This document shows positions 47,712-57,662 of a DNA stretch of 64,000 nucleotides, in pieces. The notes below the pieces were generated by a model. It was not told the origin of the DNA. It worked only from the letters and a program-made list of their open reading frames with translations, and searched no databases. The DNA comes from a bacterium (GTDB taxonomy: Bacteria > Patescibacteriota > Minisyncoccia > UBA6257 > GWB1-50-10). A program made the position numbers and the translations under genes. Numbering within the stretch: the first letter of the stretch is position 1; every line of letters begins with the position of its first letter. The DNA is taken from the NCBI GenBank assembly GCA_021814165.1, contig JAKAIX010000003.1, positions 14,551 through 78,550 of the forward strand, given 5' to 3'.

Positions 47712-49952
47712 ATGTCGTTCACATCGATAAAAAAGCGCGAAGGTCAAATCGTTCCGTTCGATGAAGGTCGCATCACAAACGCCGTGTGGAAGGCAATGCA
47801 GGCGATCGGAGAAGGGAGCGAAAAAGATGCGGAAAAAGTTTCCGCGAACGTCGTAAAGGAGCTCGTAAAAAAATACGCTCCCGATCACGTTCTGGAAATC
47901 GAAGAAGTTCAGGACGCGGTTGAATCGCAGCTCATCGCAGGGGATTATGCGAAGACCGCGAAGGCATATATTTTATACCGGGAGGAACGCGCCAGACTCC
48001 GTGCATTGCGCCCGGAGATTCCTCCCGCCGATCAGGAGAAAATCCAAGAAGACAGCAAATATTTCAGAGGACCGTACAACGAATTTATTTTTTATCAGAT
48101 GTATTCGCGATGGCGTGACGACTTGGGGCGAAGAGAAACGTGGAGCGAAACCATCGATCGTTTCATGGACTACATGCGCGAGAACGTGGGAGACAAATTA
48201 ACGAACGAGGAGTACGAAGAAGTGCAGAGCGCGATTCTCCGTCAGGAAATTTGTCCCTCAATGAGACTCTTGTGGTCGGCGGGCGATGCGTGCAGAAAGA
48301 CGAACGTCTGCGCATACAATTGTTCGTATGTCGCACCGACGTCGTGGCAGGATTTGGGCGAGATCATGTATATTTCGATGTGCGGCGCCGGGCTCGGATT
48401 CAGCGTGGAAGCGGAGAACGTCGAGAAGTTTCCCCAAATAAAAAAGCAGTCGGGGAAGAAAGCGCCCGCGATTGTCGTTGATGACAGCAAAGAAGGTTGG
48501 GCGGACGCGTTCGTTGCGGCTATTACCGCGTGGGCCGACGGAAAGGACGTCGATATCGATTATTCGAAGATACGCCCCGCCGGCGCCCGTTTGAAAACAA
48601 TGGGAGGAAGAGCATCGGGTCCCGATCCGCTTCGGGAGCTCATGGAATTCGCAAAACATAAAGTATTGGGTCGCCAGGGCCGCCGCCTTTCGACGCTCGA
48701 TCTCCACGACATCATCTGTAAGATCGGACTCATTGTGGTTGCGGGAGGCGTGCGACGGAGCGCTTTGATTTCACTCTCCGATCTGGATGATGAAACGATG
48801 CGCGATGCGAAGAAAGGACAATTCTATTTGACGGAAGGCCAGCGTTCGATGGCAAATAATTCCGCGGTATACGAAGGGAGACCTTCTGCCGAGGAATTCT
48901 TGGATGAATGGGGGGCGCTCGTGAAATCGAAATCGGGAGAGCGGGGCATGTTCAACCGCGGCGGACTCGAAAAACAGGTTCCCGCGCGCCGGTGGGAAAA
49001 GATAAGGGATCAGGTGCAGGTTGGTTTGAATCCGTGCGGGGAAATAGTGCTTCGCTCGAAGCAATTTTGCAATCTCACCTCGATGGTAGTCCGTCCCGAC
49101 GATACGAGAGAATCGCTTTTGAGAAAAATGCGTTTGGCGACGATCGTGGGGACGTATCAAGCGACACTTACCAGTTTCCCGTACCTTTCGAAAGAGTGGA
49201 AGGGGAACTGCGATGAGGAGGCGCTCCTCGGGGTCTCGATTACGGGATATTACGACAACGAGGTGATACGAAACGACGCCCTGCTTGATGAGCTTCGGGA
49301 AGAGGGGGTCAAGGTGAACAAGAAATATGCGAAGCGTCTCGGTATTAACGAATCAAGCGCTATCACGTGCGTGAAGCCCCATGGGAACTCCGGGCAACTC
49401 CTCGGCGTCGGGTCGGGGATGCATCCGTGGTTCGCGCCGTACTTCATTCGCCGCGTGCGCGTGAGCGTGAATGATCCGATGTTTAAATTTGCGAAGGAGC
49501 AGAATGTCCCCGCATTCCCCGAAGTCGGTTATTCCACGTCGAGCGCAACGACGATGGTGCTCGAATTTCCCGTCGCGGCGCCAAAGGGAGCACTTTTCGT
49601 AAAAGATGTTTCAGCGCTCGAGCTTCTCGACGAATGGAAACGGCTCAAATTGCATTTTACGGAACACAACCCGTCGGTCACGATTTATGTGGGAGACGAT
49701 GAATGGATAAAAGTCGCGAATTTCATTTATGAGAACTGGGATATCGTAGGAGGGCTTTCATTTCTTCCCCGTACGGATCACATATATCAGCTCGCTCCGT
49801 ATGAAGAAATCACGAAAGAAGAGTACGAGCGCCGCGCGCAAGAACTCGGCGATCTCGATTTCTCGAAAATCATGCTCTACGAGCACGACGACTATACGAT
49901 CGGCGCGAAGGAACTCGCGTGCGTGGGGGGGGTGTGTGAAATATCCGCTTAG
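47712..49952 (+). CDS. nrdJ: ribonucleotide reductase, class II (adenosylcobalamin-dependent, NrdJ-like) with N-terminal ATP-cone
   Basis: ATP-cone (SIKKREGQIVPFDEGRITNAV) and the active-site loop NPCGEIVL are present. There is no glycyl-radical motif and no separate small subunit. The ATG at 47712 is preferred, because the upstream part of the ORF-track frame is AT-rich leader. Confidence 0.75.
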   Translation: MSFTSIKKREGQIVPFDEGRITNAVWKAMQAIGEGSEKDAEKVSANVVKELVKKYAPDHVLEIEEVQDAVESQLIAGDYAKTAKAYILYREERARLRALRPEIPPADQEKIQEDSKYFRGPYNEFIFYQMYSRWRDDLGRRETWSETIDRFMDYMRENVGDKLTNEEYEEVQSAILRQEICPSMRLLWSAGDACRKTNVCAYNCSYVAPTSWQDLGEIMYISMCGAGLGFSVEAENVEKFPQIKKQSGKKAPAIVVDDSKEGWADAFVAAITAWADGKDVDIDYSKIRPAGARLKTMGGRASGPDPLRELMEFAKHKVLGRQGRRLSTLDLHDIICKIGLIVVAGGVRRSALISLSDLDDETMRDAKKGQFYLTEGQRSMANNSAVYEGRPSAEEFLDEWGALVKSKSGERGMFNRGGLEKQVPARRWEKIRDQVQVGLNPCGEIVLRSKQFCNLTSMVVRPDDTRESLLRKMRLATIVGTYQATLTSFPYLSKEWKGNCDEEALLGVSITGYYDNEVIRNDALLDELREEGVKVNKKYAKRLGINESSAITCVKPHGNSGQLLGVGSGMHPWFAPYFIRRVRVSVNDPMFKFAKEQNVPAFPEVGYSTSSATTMVLEFPVAAPKGALFVKDVSALELLDEWKRLKLHFTEHNPSVTIYVGDDEWIKVANFIYENWDIVGGLSFLPRTDHIYQLAPYEEITKEEYERRAQELGDLDFSKIMLYEHDDYTIGAKELACVGGVCEISA

Positions 49953-49971
49953 GTTTACAATAGCGAAACGG

Positions 49972-50000
49972 AAAATCCCCGGGACGACCGGGGATTTCTT
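49972..50000. terminator. bidirectional terminator between convergent genes
   Basis: aaatccccgg-gacga-ccggggattt with flanking A/T runs. Confidence 0.7.
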
Positions 50001-50053
50001 TTATAAAAATACTTTTCCGAGAATTACCGGCTTGATGCCGTTGTGGTTTCTTA

Positions 50054-50899
50054 TTAATTCTGGAAAATCTCCTTGATGTATTCTTTTCGCTCCGGCGTCC
50101 AACGGACGTACGTGTCTTCTCCCGGGTACATCCAGATGATATTCGTATTCGGAGAGGCAACATTTCGTATCTGATCCGCCGCTTCCCGCGGCGTCGGCCA
50201 TGAGGTAAGACCGTTACTCCTGAGAGATGCGAAAGCGTCGATGTAATTTCTCCAGGTTCCGCTTTCATAGAACGCGAGACCGTGCGTTTGGATGATCGGC
50301 TGGATTTCGAAACCGTCGCGTTCTATTTTTTCCGCCAGTCTCCTTTGGGATCCGTACATGCTGATTGCGCCGTAGATGGGGTAGTAATCGGGCTGGAATC
50401 CCGCAAGATGGAGATTGGGAATATTCAGAAGTTCCTCATAGGTTTCTATCCTCGGTGTTGCGATAAGCACTTTCTTGCCGGGGAATTTCTCCTTACTCCA
50501 GCCGATCCAACGCTCGATATCGCTGTTGTCGTAGTTACTCTTATGGAGATGCGGTTCGTCGAGTGCAAATCCCTCTACTTCGGATCGGTTTCCCAATATC
50601 TCCATTCTCTTGAAGTCATCGGGATGGAGTGTACCCGCGCTTACATACACCTTTAATCCTTCCTTCCCCGCCTCGTCGATCCTTCGCACCGCATCTTCTT
50701 CACTGAAGTTGCTGATAAGGACATAGCTTATGCCCAGTCGTTTCATTTCCGCGTAGTATGCGGGATTGTCGGCCGACCAGAAACCGAATTTGAGCGTCGG
50801 CGGGAGTTCATGGGATTGCGGCCGCTCGATAACGGAGAAGACAAGGAATATCAAGACGAAAAGCGCGGCAACGGAGAGGATATAAACCAGTTTTTTCAT
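50054..50899 (-). CDS. membrane-anchored putative glycoside-hydrolase-like TIM-barrel protein, function unknown
   Basis: N-terminal TM helix, then alternating beta/alpha character (GISYVLISNF...GLKVYVSAG...VLIATPRIETYEE). Low-confidence fold inference. Confidence 0.5.
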   Translation of the reverse strand: MKKLVYILSVAALFVLIFLVFSVIERPQSHELPPTLKFGFWSADNPAYYAEMKRLGISYVLISNFSEEDAVRRIDEAGKEGLKVYVSAGTLHPDDFKRMEILGNRSEVEGFALDEPHLHKSNYDNSDIERWIGWSKEKFPGKKVLIATPRIETYEELLNIPNLHLAGFQPDYYPIYGAISMYGSQRRLAEKIERDGFEIQPIIQTHGLAFYESGTWRNYIDAFASLRSNGLTSWPTPREAADQIRNVASPNTNIIWMYPGEDTYVRWTPERKEYIKEIFQN

Positions 50900-51825
50900 T
50901 TTTCCAACCTCCTTATGACCGCCTCGATTTTCGGCCAGAGTTGTTTGCGCATGAGTATCGAGCCGGTTTTGTGTTCCGGCTGTCGCGGAATTCCCAGGGC
51001 CTCGGAGAGTATCGCTTCTGATTTTCCGTCGATGGTAAGAAGTATGTTGTACCCCTTAAGAATATCAACGCCGGTAAAGAAAAAATATTCGAGATGTTCC
51101 TCTTTTCGAATGCGATTTAATACGGTAAGAAGCTCCTCTTTTAACGCGGTGAGGGTTGATTCGAGGTTAGCGATTTCAATCTGGGCGATGCAGGTTTTTT
51201 TGCCGCCGATCGTCTTTGGGGAAATATCCTGGAATATCACCTCATAAAGATTGTCGGCGGAAATGTTCGATTTTGATTCAAACATCCGTTTGGTGTAATC
51301 GTCGGGGAGGTCGATGAGTGTTTTGAGATAATCGGCGGCATTCTTGTCTCTTGCGGTTGTCACGGAATTTCTGAAATCCACCGTGCTGGAGACGATAGCC
51401 GAGTAGAGATACGTGGCGGTCTTGGGGGATGGTACAAACCCGTGTGTTTTGAGCCGCTCAACGATAAGTGTGGCGCATGAGCCCACCGGTTCTATGGTCT
51501 TTCGGGCGTTTATAAACTGCTCCGTGAATACGAGCTCGCGGTGATCGAAAAGTTCTATGACGTGCTCGGGGGAAATCGTCGGTTCCATTGCTTCGGGGTC
51601 CGCGGTATCAACCAGCACAAACCGATCGTCCGGGCCGTATTCTCCGGAATGTTTCTCGACGGGGAAGTAACCGGTGAATTGTTGTACGAATTTTACTTCA
51701 AGGCCGATATCGCCGTAGTAAACCGCTTTCGCGGGCATACCGGATGCGTTGAGAAATTCCGAGTAGGCGATCATGCATGCAATACCGTCGATGTCGGGAC
51801 AGTCGTAGGAAGTTACAATAGTCAT
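50896..51825 (-). CDS. DHH/DHHA2 phosphoesterase, family-II inorganic pyrophosphatase-like
   Basis: Motif I YDCPDIDGIAC, motif II VLVDTAD, a DHR in place of DHH (LFDHRE), and EPVGSCATLIV resembling PpaC. Confidence 0.65.
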   Translation of the reverse strand: MTIVTSYDCPDIDGIACMIAYSEFLNASGMPAKAVYYGDIGLEVKFVQQFTGYFPVEKHSGEYGPDDRFVLVDTADPEAMEPTISPEHVIELFDHRELVFTEQFINARKTIEPVGSCATLIVERLKTHGFVPSPKTATYLYSAIVSSTVDFRNSVTTARDKNAADYLKTLIDLPDDYTKRMFESKSNISADNLYEVIFQDISPKTIGGKKTCIAQIEIANLESTLTALKEELLTVLNRIRKEEHLEYFFFTGVDILKGYNILLTIDGKSEAILSEALGIPRQPEHKTGSILMRKQLWPKIEAVIRRLEK

Positions 51826-51960
51826 GCTGTTATTTTTATCTACAATACCTCGCCGCTTGCGGCGAGGATATACGTAGCAGATAAAAATATCCTGAGCCGC
51901 ATCGAAGGATTACCTTTCGTGGATACCACACCGCTTACGGTGCGATAATTCATTTTACCA

Positions 51961-51987
51961 AAAAACCGCCCGATTGGGGCGGTTTAG
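51961..51987 (-). terminator. rho-independent terminator
   Basis: On the reverse complement: aaaccgcccc-aatc-gggcggttttttgg. Confidence 0.7.
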
Positions 51988-52005
51988 AGACAACGATTCC
52001 GAGGT

Positions 52006-52707
52006 CTATTTACTGAACAATCTTACAAGCCAGCCGAACAAACTGAACGTGCTCTCCTGGGCCTGTATGAAGTTTTGGATCTTCGTTTGTTCCTGCGTTA
52101 ATACCTGAATCTGACTTTGGAGTTGCGTCTTGACCGCTTCATCCTTGACGTTTTCCGATAACTTGTTGAGTTGTTCCAATCTGTCTTGCGTCTGTGCCAC
52201 TTCGCTTCTCAATGTTCCAAGATTCTTGTAATCGGAACCGAAGAGAAATGTTGCAATTTTGTTTTTCGCCTTGACCTCTTCCATCGCCTGTATCGTGGTG
52301 GTTGCGGATTGATTCTGCTCTTCGGCAATCGTGCGCACCTCCTGTCCTATTCCTCCCTTTTCCTTGTCGGCAACATCCAAGAGTCCGTGGACGAAATTCG
52401 AGACCGTACTGCGATGTTCTTCGCCATTGATCTCTCCCTTATCTTCTCGCTCCTGTTCGTTGTTTTGATTCTCTCCTTCCGTCGTCGTTGCGTCCTGCTC
52501 ATGATTTTCCCTTTCCATCGTCGATGTATTCTGTTCCCGATCTTGTTCTTGGTTTTGAACCTTATATCCCGCCTCTATTTTGTCTCCGCCCCCGGATTGT
52601 TCGTTATCTTCCGCGACCGTCTGCTTGTTTTGGCTCGCGGCATGGACGCTGATCGCAACGGCAAAGACAAGAATCCACATTCCTGTTGCTATGACTTTAT
52701 TTTTCAT
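52006..52707 (-). CDS. secreted/membrane-anchored coiled-coil protein with acidic Glu/Asn/Gln-rich region, hypothetical
   Basis: TM/signal helix (VIATGMWILVFAVAISV), an acidic low-complexity segment, and a C-terminal coiled coil. The ORF track extends the frame to 52812. Confidence 0.5.
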   Translation of the reverse strand: MKNKVIATGMWILVFAVAISVHAASQNKQTVAEDNEQSGGGDKIEAGYKVQNQEQDREQNTSTMERENHEQDATTTEGENQNNEQEREDKGEINGEEHRSTVSNFVHGLLDVADKEKGGIGQEVRTIAEEQNQSATTTIQAMEEVKAKNKIATFLFGSDYKNLGTLRSEVAQTQDRLEQLNKLSENVKDEAVKTQLQSQIQVLTQEQTKIQNFIQAQESTFSLFGWLVRLFSK

Positions 52708-52842
52708 ACGTGAAAGAAAAATTACTGAACTGCCGACCTTTCCTCTATTATAGCGGATTAAACAATGGATGTCTCGCTCTCGTTTTGAAAGCTTATGTAC
52801 CGAATAATACAAACCCTCTTTTGTGAAAGAGGGTCTTTTGGT

Positions 52843-53202
52843 CTAAAAATTTGCTCTTGGCATCCCACTCAAAAAAGCAGTGAGCCATAACATCCATGCA
52901 AACAGCGAGAACCGGGTGAAATAGCTCTCATATCTCCCTTGTTTTCTGATAGCAAGAAAAGCCCAGGAGAGATGAAGCAACATTATAAGTAACGCGGAGT
53001 AACCCGAAATGACGTGGGTGCTAAGAGCGAACTTATGTTCCGCTCTTAGAAACATCATTGAAGTTCCGGCGAGATCACATATGAATCCGGAGCTGAATAC
53101 GACGACCATCCATCTCTTCAATCTTCTGCTGATTCTCTCCGACCAGATTGCGGTCGTGTAGAGAACCAGTGCGCTGACTATGAACAATACCGCTATAATC
53201 AT
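52843..53202 (-). CDS. small integral membrane protein (4 TM), hypothetical
   Basis: Strong RBS GGAGGG 6 nt upstream of the ATG at 53202. Four hydrophobic helices. Confidence 0.6.
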   Translation of the reverse strand: MIIAVLFIVSALVLYTTAIWSERISRRLKRWMVVVFSSGFICDLAGTSMMFLRAEHKFALSTHVISGYSALLIMLLHLSWAFLAIRKQGRYESYFTRFSLFAWMLWLTAFLSGMPRANF

Positions 53203-53473
53203 GATCACCCTCCTGGTTATAAGGGAGGACGAGAAAGTGAATGGAGGTACATAGCAGCCATTGTGATTATTCCTCCCAGTATGAGTGACAGAATTATCAC
53301 CCACTCTAGCTTCTTTTCTGATATTGCCATTTCAACCTCAGAATTGTTAAAGATACAGATAAAGTACCACGCTTGCGGCATTCGTCAATGAAAACAATCA
53401 GGGTTCTAAAAATGCAGATCTTTACAAGAAATAGGCAAATAGGCAGAATAGGTAGTAACTAGCTCTTTAGGAG

Positions 53474-54049
53474 ATGAATATGAATATCGACATCAAGTCG
53501 CATCCGGTCTCGGTGTTGCAGCCGTTTTTCAGAGATATAGCCCTTGTTCTCGGTTCATCTGCAATGCTCGAGTTCAGTTACTATAAGTACCAACCGCAGA
53601 CGCTGGAGGACGAGCGAAAACTCTTCAAGGTAAATATTACGGATGTCACTCCGGAATGGTTTTTTGAAATCCATCAGAAGATAGAAGAAGGATACGAACT
53701 TGCGATGCACTCGCGAGTATGGAATGGAAACGAGATGAGGCACATGTTAATGGCTGATATGGCGGTTAAGAACAGCCGGATGGACTTGCTTCCAAGAAGA
53801 ATGTATCTGCCGAGTCTTCAGAAATCCGTACAGCCGCACTACTTCAATTCCGGCCGCTCGTTCCATTCTTATGTCCCCGTTCTGACCTCGGATGATGACG
53901 CGCTAAGAAAATTTTTCTGCGACCTACTCATCCACCACAGCCAGCTTTTTGATGGCAGATGGATGGGACACCGCCTACTGGCAGGCTACGCCGCGTTGCG
54001 ATGGAGTTGCAATACCGGGCAGTATCGCTCCGCCCCAAGATTGGTTTAA
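53474..54049 (+). CDS. hypothetical protein (no recognisable motif)
   Basis: 191-aa ORF with coding-like composition, ending ~120 nt before the glycosyltransferase start. Confidence 0.4.
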   Translation: MNMNIDIKSHPVSVLQPFFRDIALVLGSSAMLEFSYYKYQPQTLEDERKLFKVNITDVTPEWFFEIHQKIEEGYELAMHSRVWNGNEMRHMLMADMAVKNSRMDLLPRRMYLPSLQKSVQPHYFNSGRSFHSYVPVLTSDDDALRKFFCDLLIHHSQLFDGRWMGHRLLAGYAALRWSCNTGQYRSAPRLV

Positions 54050-54167
54050 AGAGAAAGAGGTTGCTTATATCGGCAACCTCTTATTATTTAAGACGATTTC
54101 ATCAGGTTTTCCGTTTTTTCTCGCTTTGCCGTTGTGGTATCATGGAGCAGTAATAGCGCGTGATATT

Positions 54168-55274
54168 ATGGTTATTTCAATTCCCTCATTCGGGTTGAAC
54201 ACGACGGGCGGCGACAGAGTGATTGTATCGCTTGCAAACGGTCTTGCGGAGAGAGGGCATACGGTCTATGTGGTGAATCTCGGGGCGGATCCCATTCCGT
54301 ATCGCGTTTCTCCGAAAGTCCGCATCACGCGGGTCCCGTTTGATGAAGATAAAAAGGATTTTTTGAACTTCGTCGTGAAGGGAATGACGGAACTCGCGAA
54401 TCATCTTCCCGATTCGGATGTCTACCTCGCGAACTGGGTATTCACCGTCTTCTCATGTGTCGCGAAGCGCGGCAAGGGAAAGACGGTATTTCTTTCCCAG
54501 GCGGATGAGATGTATGCGTTTAAGGACCGATCACTCAGCGTTTTAAACGGACTTTCCTACGGGGCATACCTTCTTCGCGCCCCGGTAATCGTGCCGTCCG
54601 ATTCGTTGCGGAAAATAGTGAAAAAAAGATTCGGCAGCGAGGCCCTGATTATTCCTCCTTGTGTCGATACGAGCGTTTTCAAGCCGGGAGCGCCGCACCG
54701 CTCCGCCGTGTTGAAGCTGCTCTTCGTGGGCGACATAGAGAGTGAAAACAAGGGGCTTGCCATACTTCTTTCCGCATGCGAGAAGATAAAAAACATCCGC
54801 TTTGAACTGCACGTTGCCACTCAGCGGAACATTACGCCGAACGACATCGCGCCGCGGGCGAAGTTTCCCGTTGTCATTCATAAGCCGGAAAACGACGAAG
54901 CGCTCGCCCGAGTATACCGTTCAAGTGATATATTCTTTCATCTTTCGAGGAAAGAAGGGTTCGGTCTCACTCTCCTTGAAGCGATGGCATGCGGATGCGT
55001 GAGCATCGTCACGGATTCCGGAGGCGTAAATGATTTTGCGGTGTCTAAGGGGAACTGTATTTTTGTAAAAAGGGACGGCAATTCCGTGGCGAGGGCGATT
55101 CGTTCCGTTTATGCGGATTTGAGGCGTCTGAGAAAAACACTCGGGAAAAACGCGGTCCTCACGGCGGCGCGCTATACGGAAAAGGAGATGACCGACCGTT
55201 TCGAGGATTTTTTCTTCGAGATATCGTCGAAAAAGCATGGCAAAAAGGAAAATAGGAATATACGTCGCTCATGA
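54168..55274 (+). CDS. glycosyltransferase family 1 (GT4)
   Basis: The N-terminal GT-B start MVISIPSFGLNTTGGDRVIVSLANGLAERGHTVYVV and the C-terminal motif EGFGLTLLEAMACGCVSIVTDSGG are present. Confidence 0.8.
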   Translation: MVISIPSFGLNTTGGDRVIVSLANGLAERGHTVYVVNLGADPIPYRVSPKVRITRVPFDEDKKDFLNFVVKGMTELANHLPDSDVYLANWVFTVFSCVAKRGKGKTVFLSQADEMYAFKDRSLSVLNGLSYGAYLLRAPVIVPSDSLRKIVKKRFGSEALIIPPCVDTSVFKPGAPHRSAVLKLLFVGDIESENKGLAILLSACEKIKNIRFELHVATQRNITPNDIAPRAKFPVVIHKPENDEALARVYRSSDIFFHLSRKEGFGLTLLEAMACGCVSIVTDSGGVNDFAVSKGNCIFVKRDGNSVARAIRSVYADLRRLRKTLGKNAVLTAARYTEKEMTDRFEDFFFEISSKKHGKKENRNIRRS

Positions 55275-55917
55275 CGACGACGCAATTATAGGAGCGGGAG
55301 GAACGATCGTAAAAACGCGGGCGGAAGGAGGGGAAGTATACGTGGTTATCGTCACCGACGGGGCAAACTCGCATTCGAGCGTTTTTGGCTTTGAGGAACA
55401 CCCGAGTAAGGAAGAAGTGAAGGCAAAACGGAAAGAAGAAATAAAAAAGGCGATGCGCGTGCTTGATGTTTCTCCCGAATTCGTCTTTTTTCTCGACCGA
55501 CCGGACGGAAGAAACGATATCTGGGGAGGGGATGAGAAACTTTTTGGAGACATTCTCGCGATAACCGAGCGCGAGCGCCCGGACGCCGTCTATTCGAACT
55601 ATACGTTCGATCCGCATACTGATCACGTGGCGGTAGGGAAGATAGTGGAGGGCATACTCGGGAGAATGAGCCGGACGCCGGAAGCTTTCCAATTCGCGAT
55701 TCAGGGGATTATCGAACGCCCCGATCGGGTTGTTCCGATTGCGGATGTGGTGGAGAGAAAAAGACAAGCGCTCTTCGAGATGAAAAGCCAGGTGCTTTCG
55801 GATCCGTACGAAAACGAAGGGTGGCGGAAACAGCCGCGCCCCATCCTGTCGGAAGATGAGGTGCAAAAGTTTTTGAGCGACAGAGAAACGTTCCGGGTTT
55901 TAAAAACCATCGGATGA
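55237..55917 (+). CDS. PIG-L/LmbE-family N-acetylglucosaminyl deacetylase
   Basis: IGIYVAHDDDAIIGAGGTIVK (HxDD motif) and the downstream HTDH metal-binding motif are present. Confidence 0.8.
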   Translation: MAKRKIGIYVAHDDDAIIGAGGTIVKTRAEGGEVYVVIVTDGANSHSSVFGFEEHPSKEEVKAKRKEEIKKAMRVLDVSPEFVFFLDRPDGRNDIWGGDEKLFGDILAITERERPDAVYSNYTFDPHTDHVAVGKIVEGILGRMSRTPEAFQFAIQGIIERPDRVVPIADVVERKRQALFEMKSQVLSDPYENEGWRKQPRPILSEDEVQKFLSDRETFRVLKTIG

Positions 55918-56052
55918 TTTTGATTGGAACGTCGCTATCCGACCAGGCTCGAATCCATCCGTCGTAATCCTATTACTCTTGGTGATGGGATGCGTGAAAC
56001 TTCCTGGTAAAAAATAAGCACCCCTCTTTCGAATGAAGGAAGGGCGCTAGTT

Positions 56053-56427
56053 TTAGATAAAATTTAAGAAGTAGTGCAGAACAGCTCCTGCGACGAGTGC
56101 TGCAGCAGCTCTCAATATCATCTCCTTATAGAGAGTGATTAGTTTCCTGCCCCTTGTAGCTCCTTCCTCTTCCGCCTCGATTTCAAGGTGGTTGTGATTC
56201 CTTTTCACCCTGTAATCGTGTTTCACGAAAGCGAAAAGGAGGTATATTCCTGCGCCTTGAGAAAGCGTGAGTGCCGGGACGAAGTGGAATGTTCCCGTCA
56301 CGAACCACAGCCATAGCACTTTTAGCACGAAGCCGTGGATTAGCGAACGGAGGAGGAATCCTCCCGCCCCGGTAAGGTGAACGTCGAAGAAATTAAGAAA
56401 CTTCTTCTTTCCTTTTAGCGTTTTCAA
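56053..56427 (-). CDS. small membrane protein (3 TM), hypothetical; TTG start behind RBS GGAGA
   Basis: Sits downstream of conserved promoter P1. RBS ataGGAGAatagaaTTG. Hydrophobic helices GGFLLRSLIHGFVLKVLWLWFV and AAAALVAGAVLHYFL. Confidence 0.5.
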   Translation of the reverse strand: MKTLKGKKKFLNFFDVHLTGAGGFLLRSLIHGFVLKVLWLWFVTGTFHFVPALTLSQGAGIYLLFAFVKHDYRVKRNHNHLEIEAEEEGATRGRKLITLYKEMILRAAAALVAGAVLHYFLNFI

Positions 56428-56476
56428 TTCTATTCTCCTATGAAATTGGTAAAAATCTAAATGTTTAAGTGAAAAT

Positions 56477-56505
56477 AAAATAGCACATTTCTGTGCCATA
56501 GTCAA
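56477..56505 (-). promoter_or_regulatory. conserved sigma70-like promoter P1 (TTGACT-17-TATTTT) with embedded CACAGAAATGTG palindrome
   Basis: Reverse complement TTGACTatggcacagaaatgtgcTATTTT. The same 25-nt core recurs at 58637-58665 and 61030-61053. Confidence 0.6.
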
Positions 56506-56560
56506 CCTCAACTTTACCTCTCTGTTAATTTCTCCCTTAAGATCCGCCCATTCTTGCTTC

Positions 56561-57343
56561 TTAAAGCTTTTCAAATATGTAACCTCTGGCGCGAATTGCA
56601 GGTACGATCTTCCGCAATACGTCGTAGCTTGCCGGAGCGTTCGGTCCTCCTATGTGCATTAAAATAACACCGTTGTTCTTTAATCGCGCAAGAATGTGGT
56701 TCGCTATTCTGTTTCCGTCCGGATTAAAAGGGTCAGACGCAAATATATTTCCTTCGTTGATCTCGAGTCCTAAGCTTTGTACGAGCGCGTCGTCTCCCTT
56801 TCCGCTGCAAAGACCGGGGTATCGGAAGTAGCGGGGTTTTTGTCCGGTAATATGCTCCAGAATCGTCTGTGTTTCTTCGATCTGCGCTATCTTTTCCTGG
56901 GGAGTAACGAGGGGAGTAAGCCAATAGCAGTGAGGAATGAAACCGGACTCGTCATAGCTGTGATTTTGGAAAGAAAACATTGTTGTGCTGGCAAGAGAAC
57001 GCATGAGATCGGGATATGTCTCGGCAAAAAGCCCAGATACAAAGAAGGTGGCGGGAATCCGTTCTTTCTCCAGATATGCGAAGATGCGCGGATCATACCA
57101 TTCTTGTACCAGCCCTTTTTGGTACTTACGTAGCATGGCCTCGTTCATGTCCATATCCATGGTGAGGAAGATGGTTTTGTGGGATTCTGCGATCGTGCCG
57201 CTTGCAACCGCCATAACGGTAGATACCGGCATATATGAGGAGGGATCCGCACGTCTCTGGTATGCCGAATGGAACGCGGGAATGTAGGCACATAACAAAA
57301 ATATGAATACGGCACCGGGTAGAAGAAAAATTAAATGTTTCAT
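56561..57343 (-). CDS. polysaccharide deacetylase (NodB/CE4 family), secreted
   Basis: Signal peptide present. The motifs TFFVSG (Asp/His motif 1 region), HSYDE/H-x-H-like and RYPGL are characteristic of CE4. Confidence 0.75.
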   Translation of the reverse strand: MKHLIFLLPGAVFIFLLCAYIPAFHSAYQRRADPSSYMPVSTVMAVASGTIAESHKTIFLTMDMDMNEAMLRKYQKGLVQEWYDPRIFAYLEKERIPATFFVSGLFAETYPDLMRSLASTTMFSFQNHSYDESGFIPHCYWLTPLVTPQEKIAQIEETQTILEHITGQKPRYFRYPGLCSGKGDDALVQSLGLEINEGNIFASDPFNPDGNRIANHILARLKNNGVILMHIGGPNAPASYDVLRKIVPAIRARGYIFEKL

Positions 57344-57662
57344 GTACTGCCGCGATTTGATTTAAATGTCATTATAATGGCACAGCTTATACAAAGACAC
57401 AAAGAGGGAGGAGAAATTCGAATCCTGCATGAATGCATCAAGACGACATCCGAAAAGCAAGAGCTCCTCGGTCGCACGATAACAAGAATCGACCACCCCT
57501 CTATGTGGACAAGTTCAGAGCCGTGGAGTGGGGGAAAATTGAAAAGAGACCCACATTTCTACTGGTTAATTATTCATTTCGGAGGGTCGCTTAGGATCCT
57601 TAAAAAATAAAGAGCAGCCTTCAATAAAGCTGCCCTCATAATTACTTGATTATTAGCTAAGA

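Noticed and set aside
57335-57610. 91-aa plus-strand ORF between the CE4 deacetylase and the PHA-system-like gene
   Set aside because: Its only internal Met coincides with a TATAAT box, and the nearby terminator hairpin is oriented for the minus-strand gene. It is probably non-coding.
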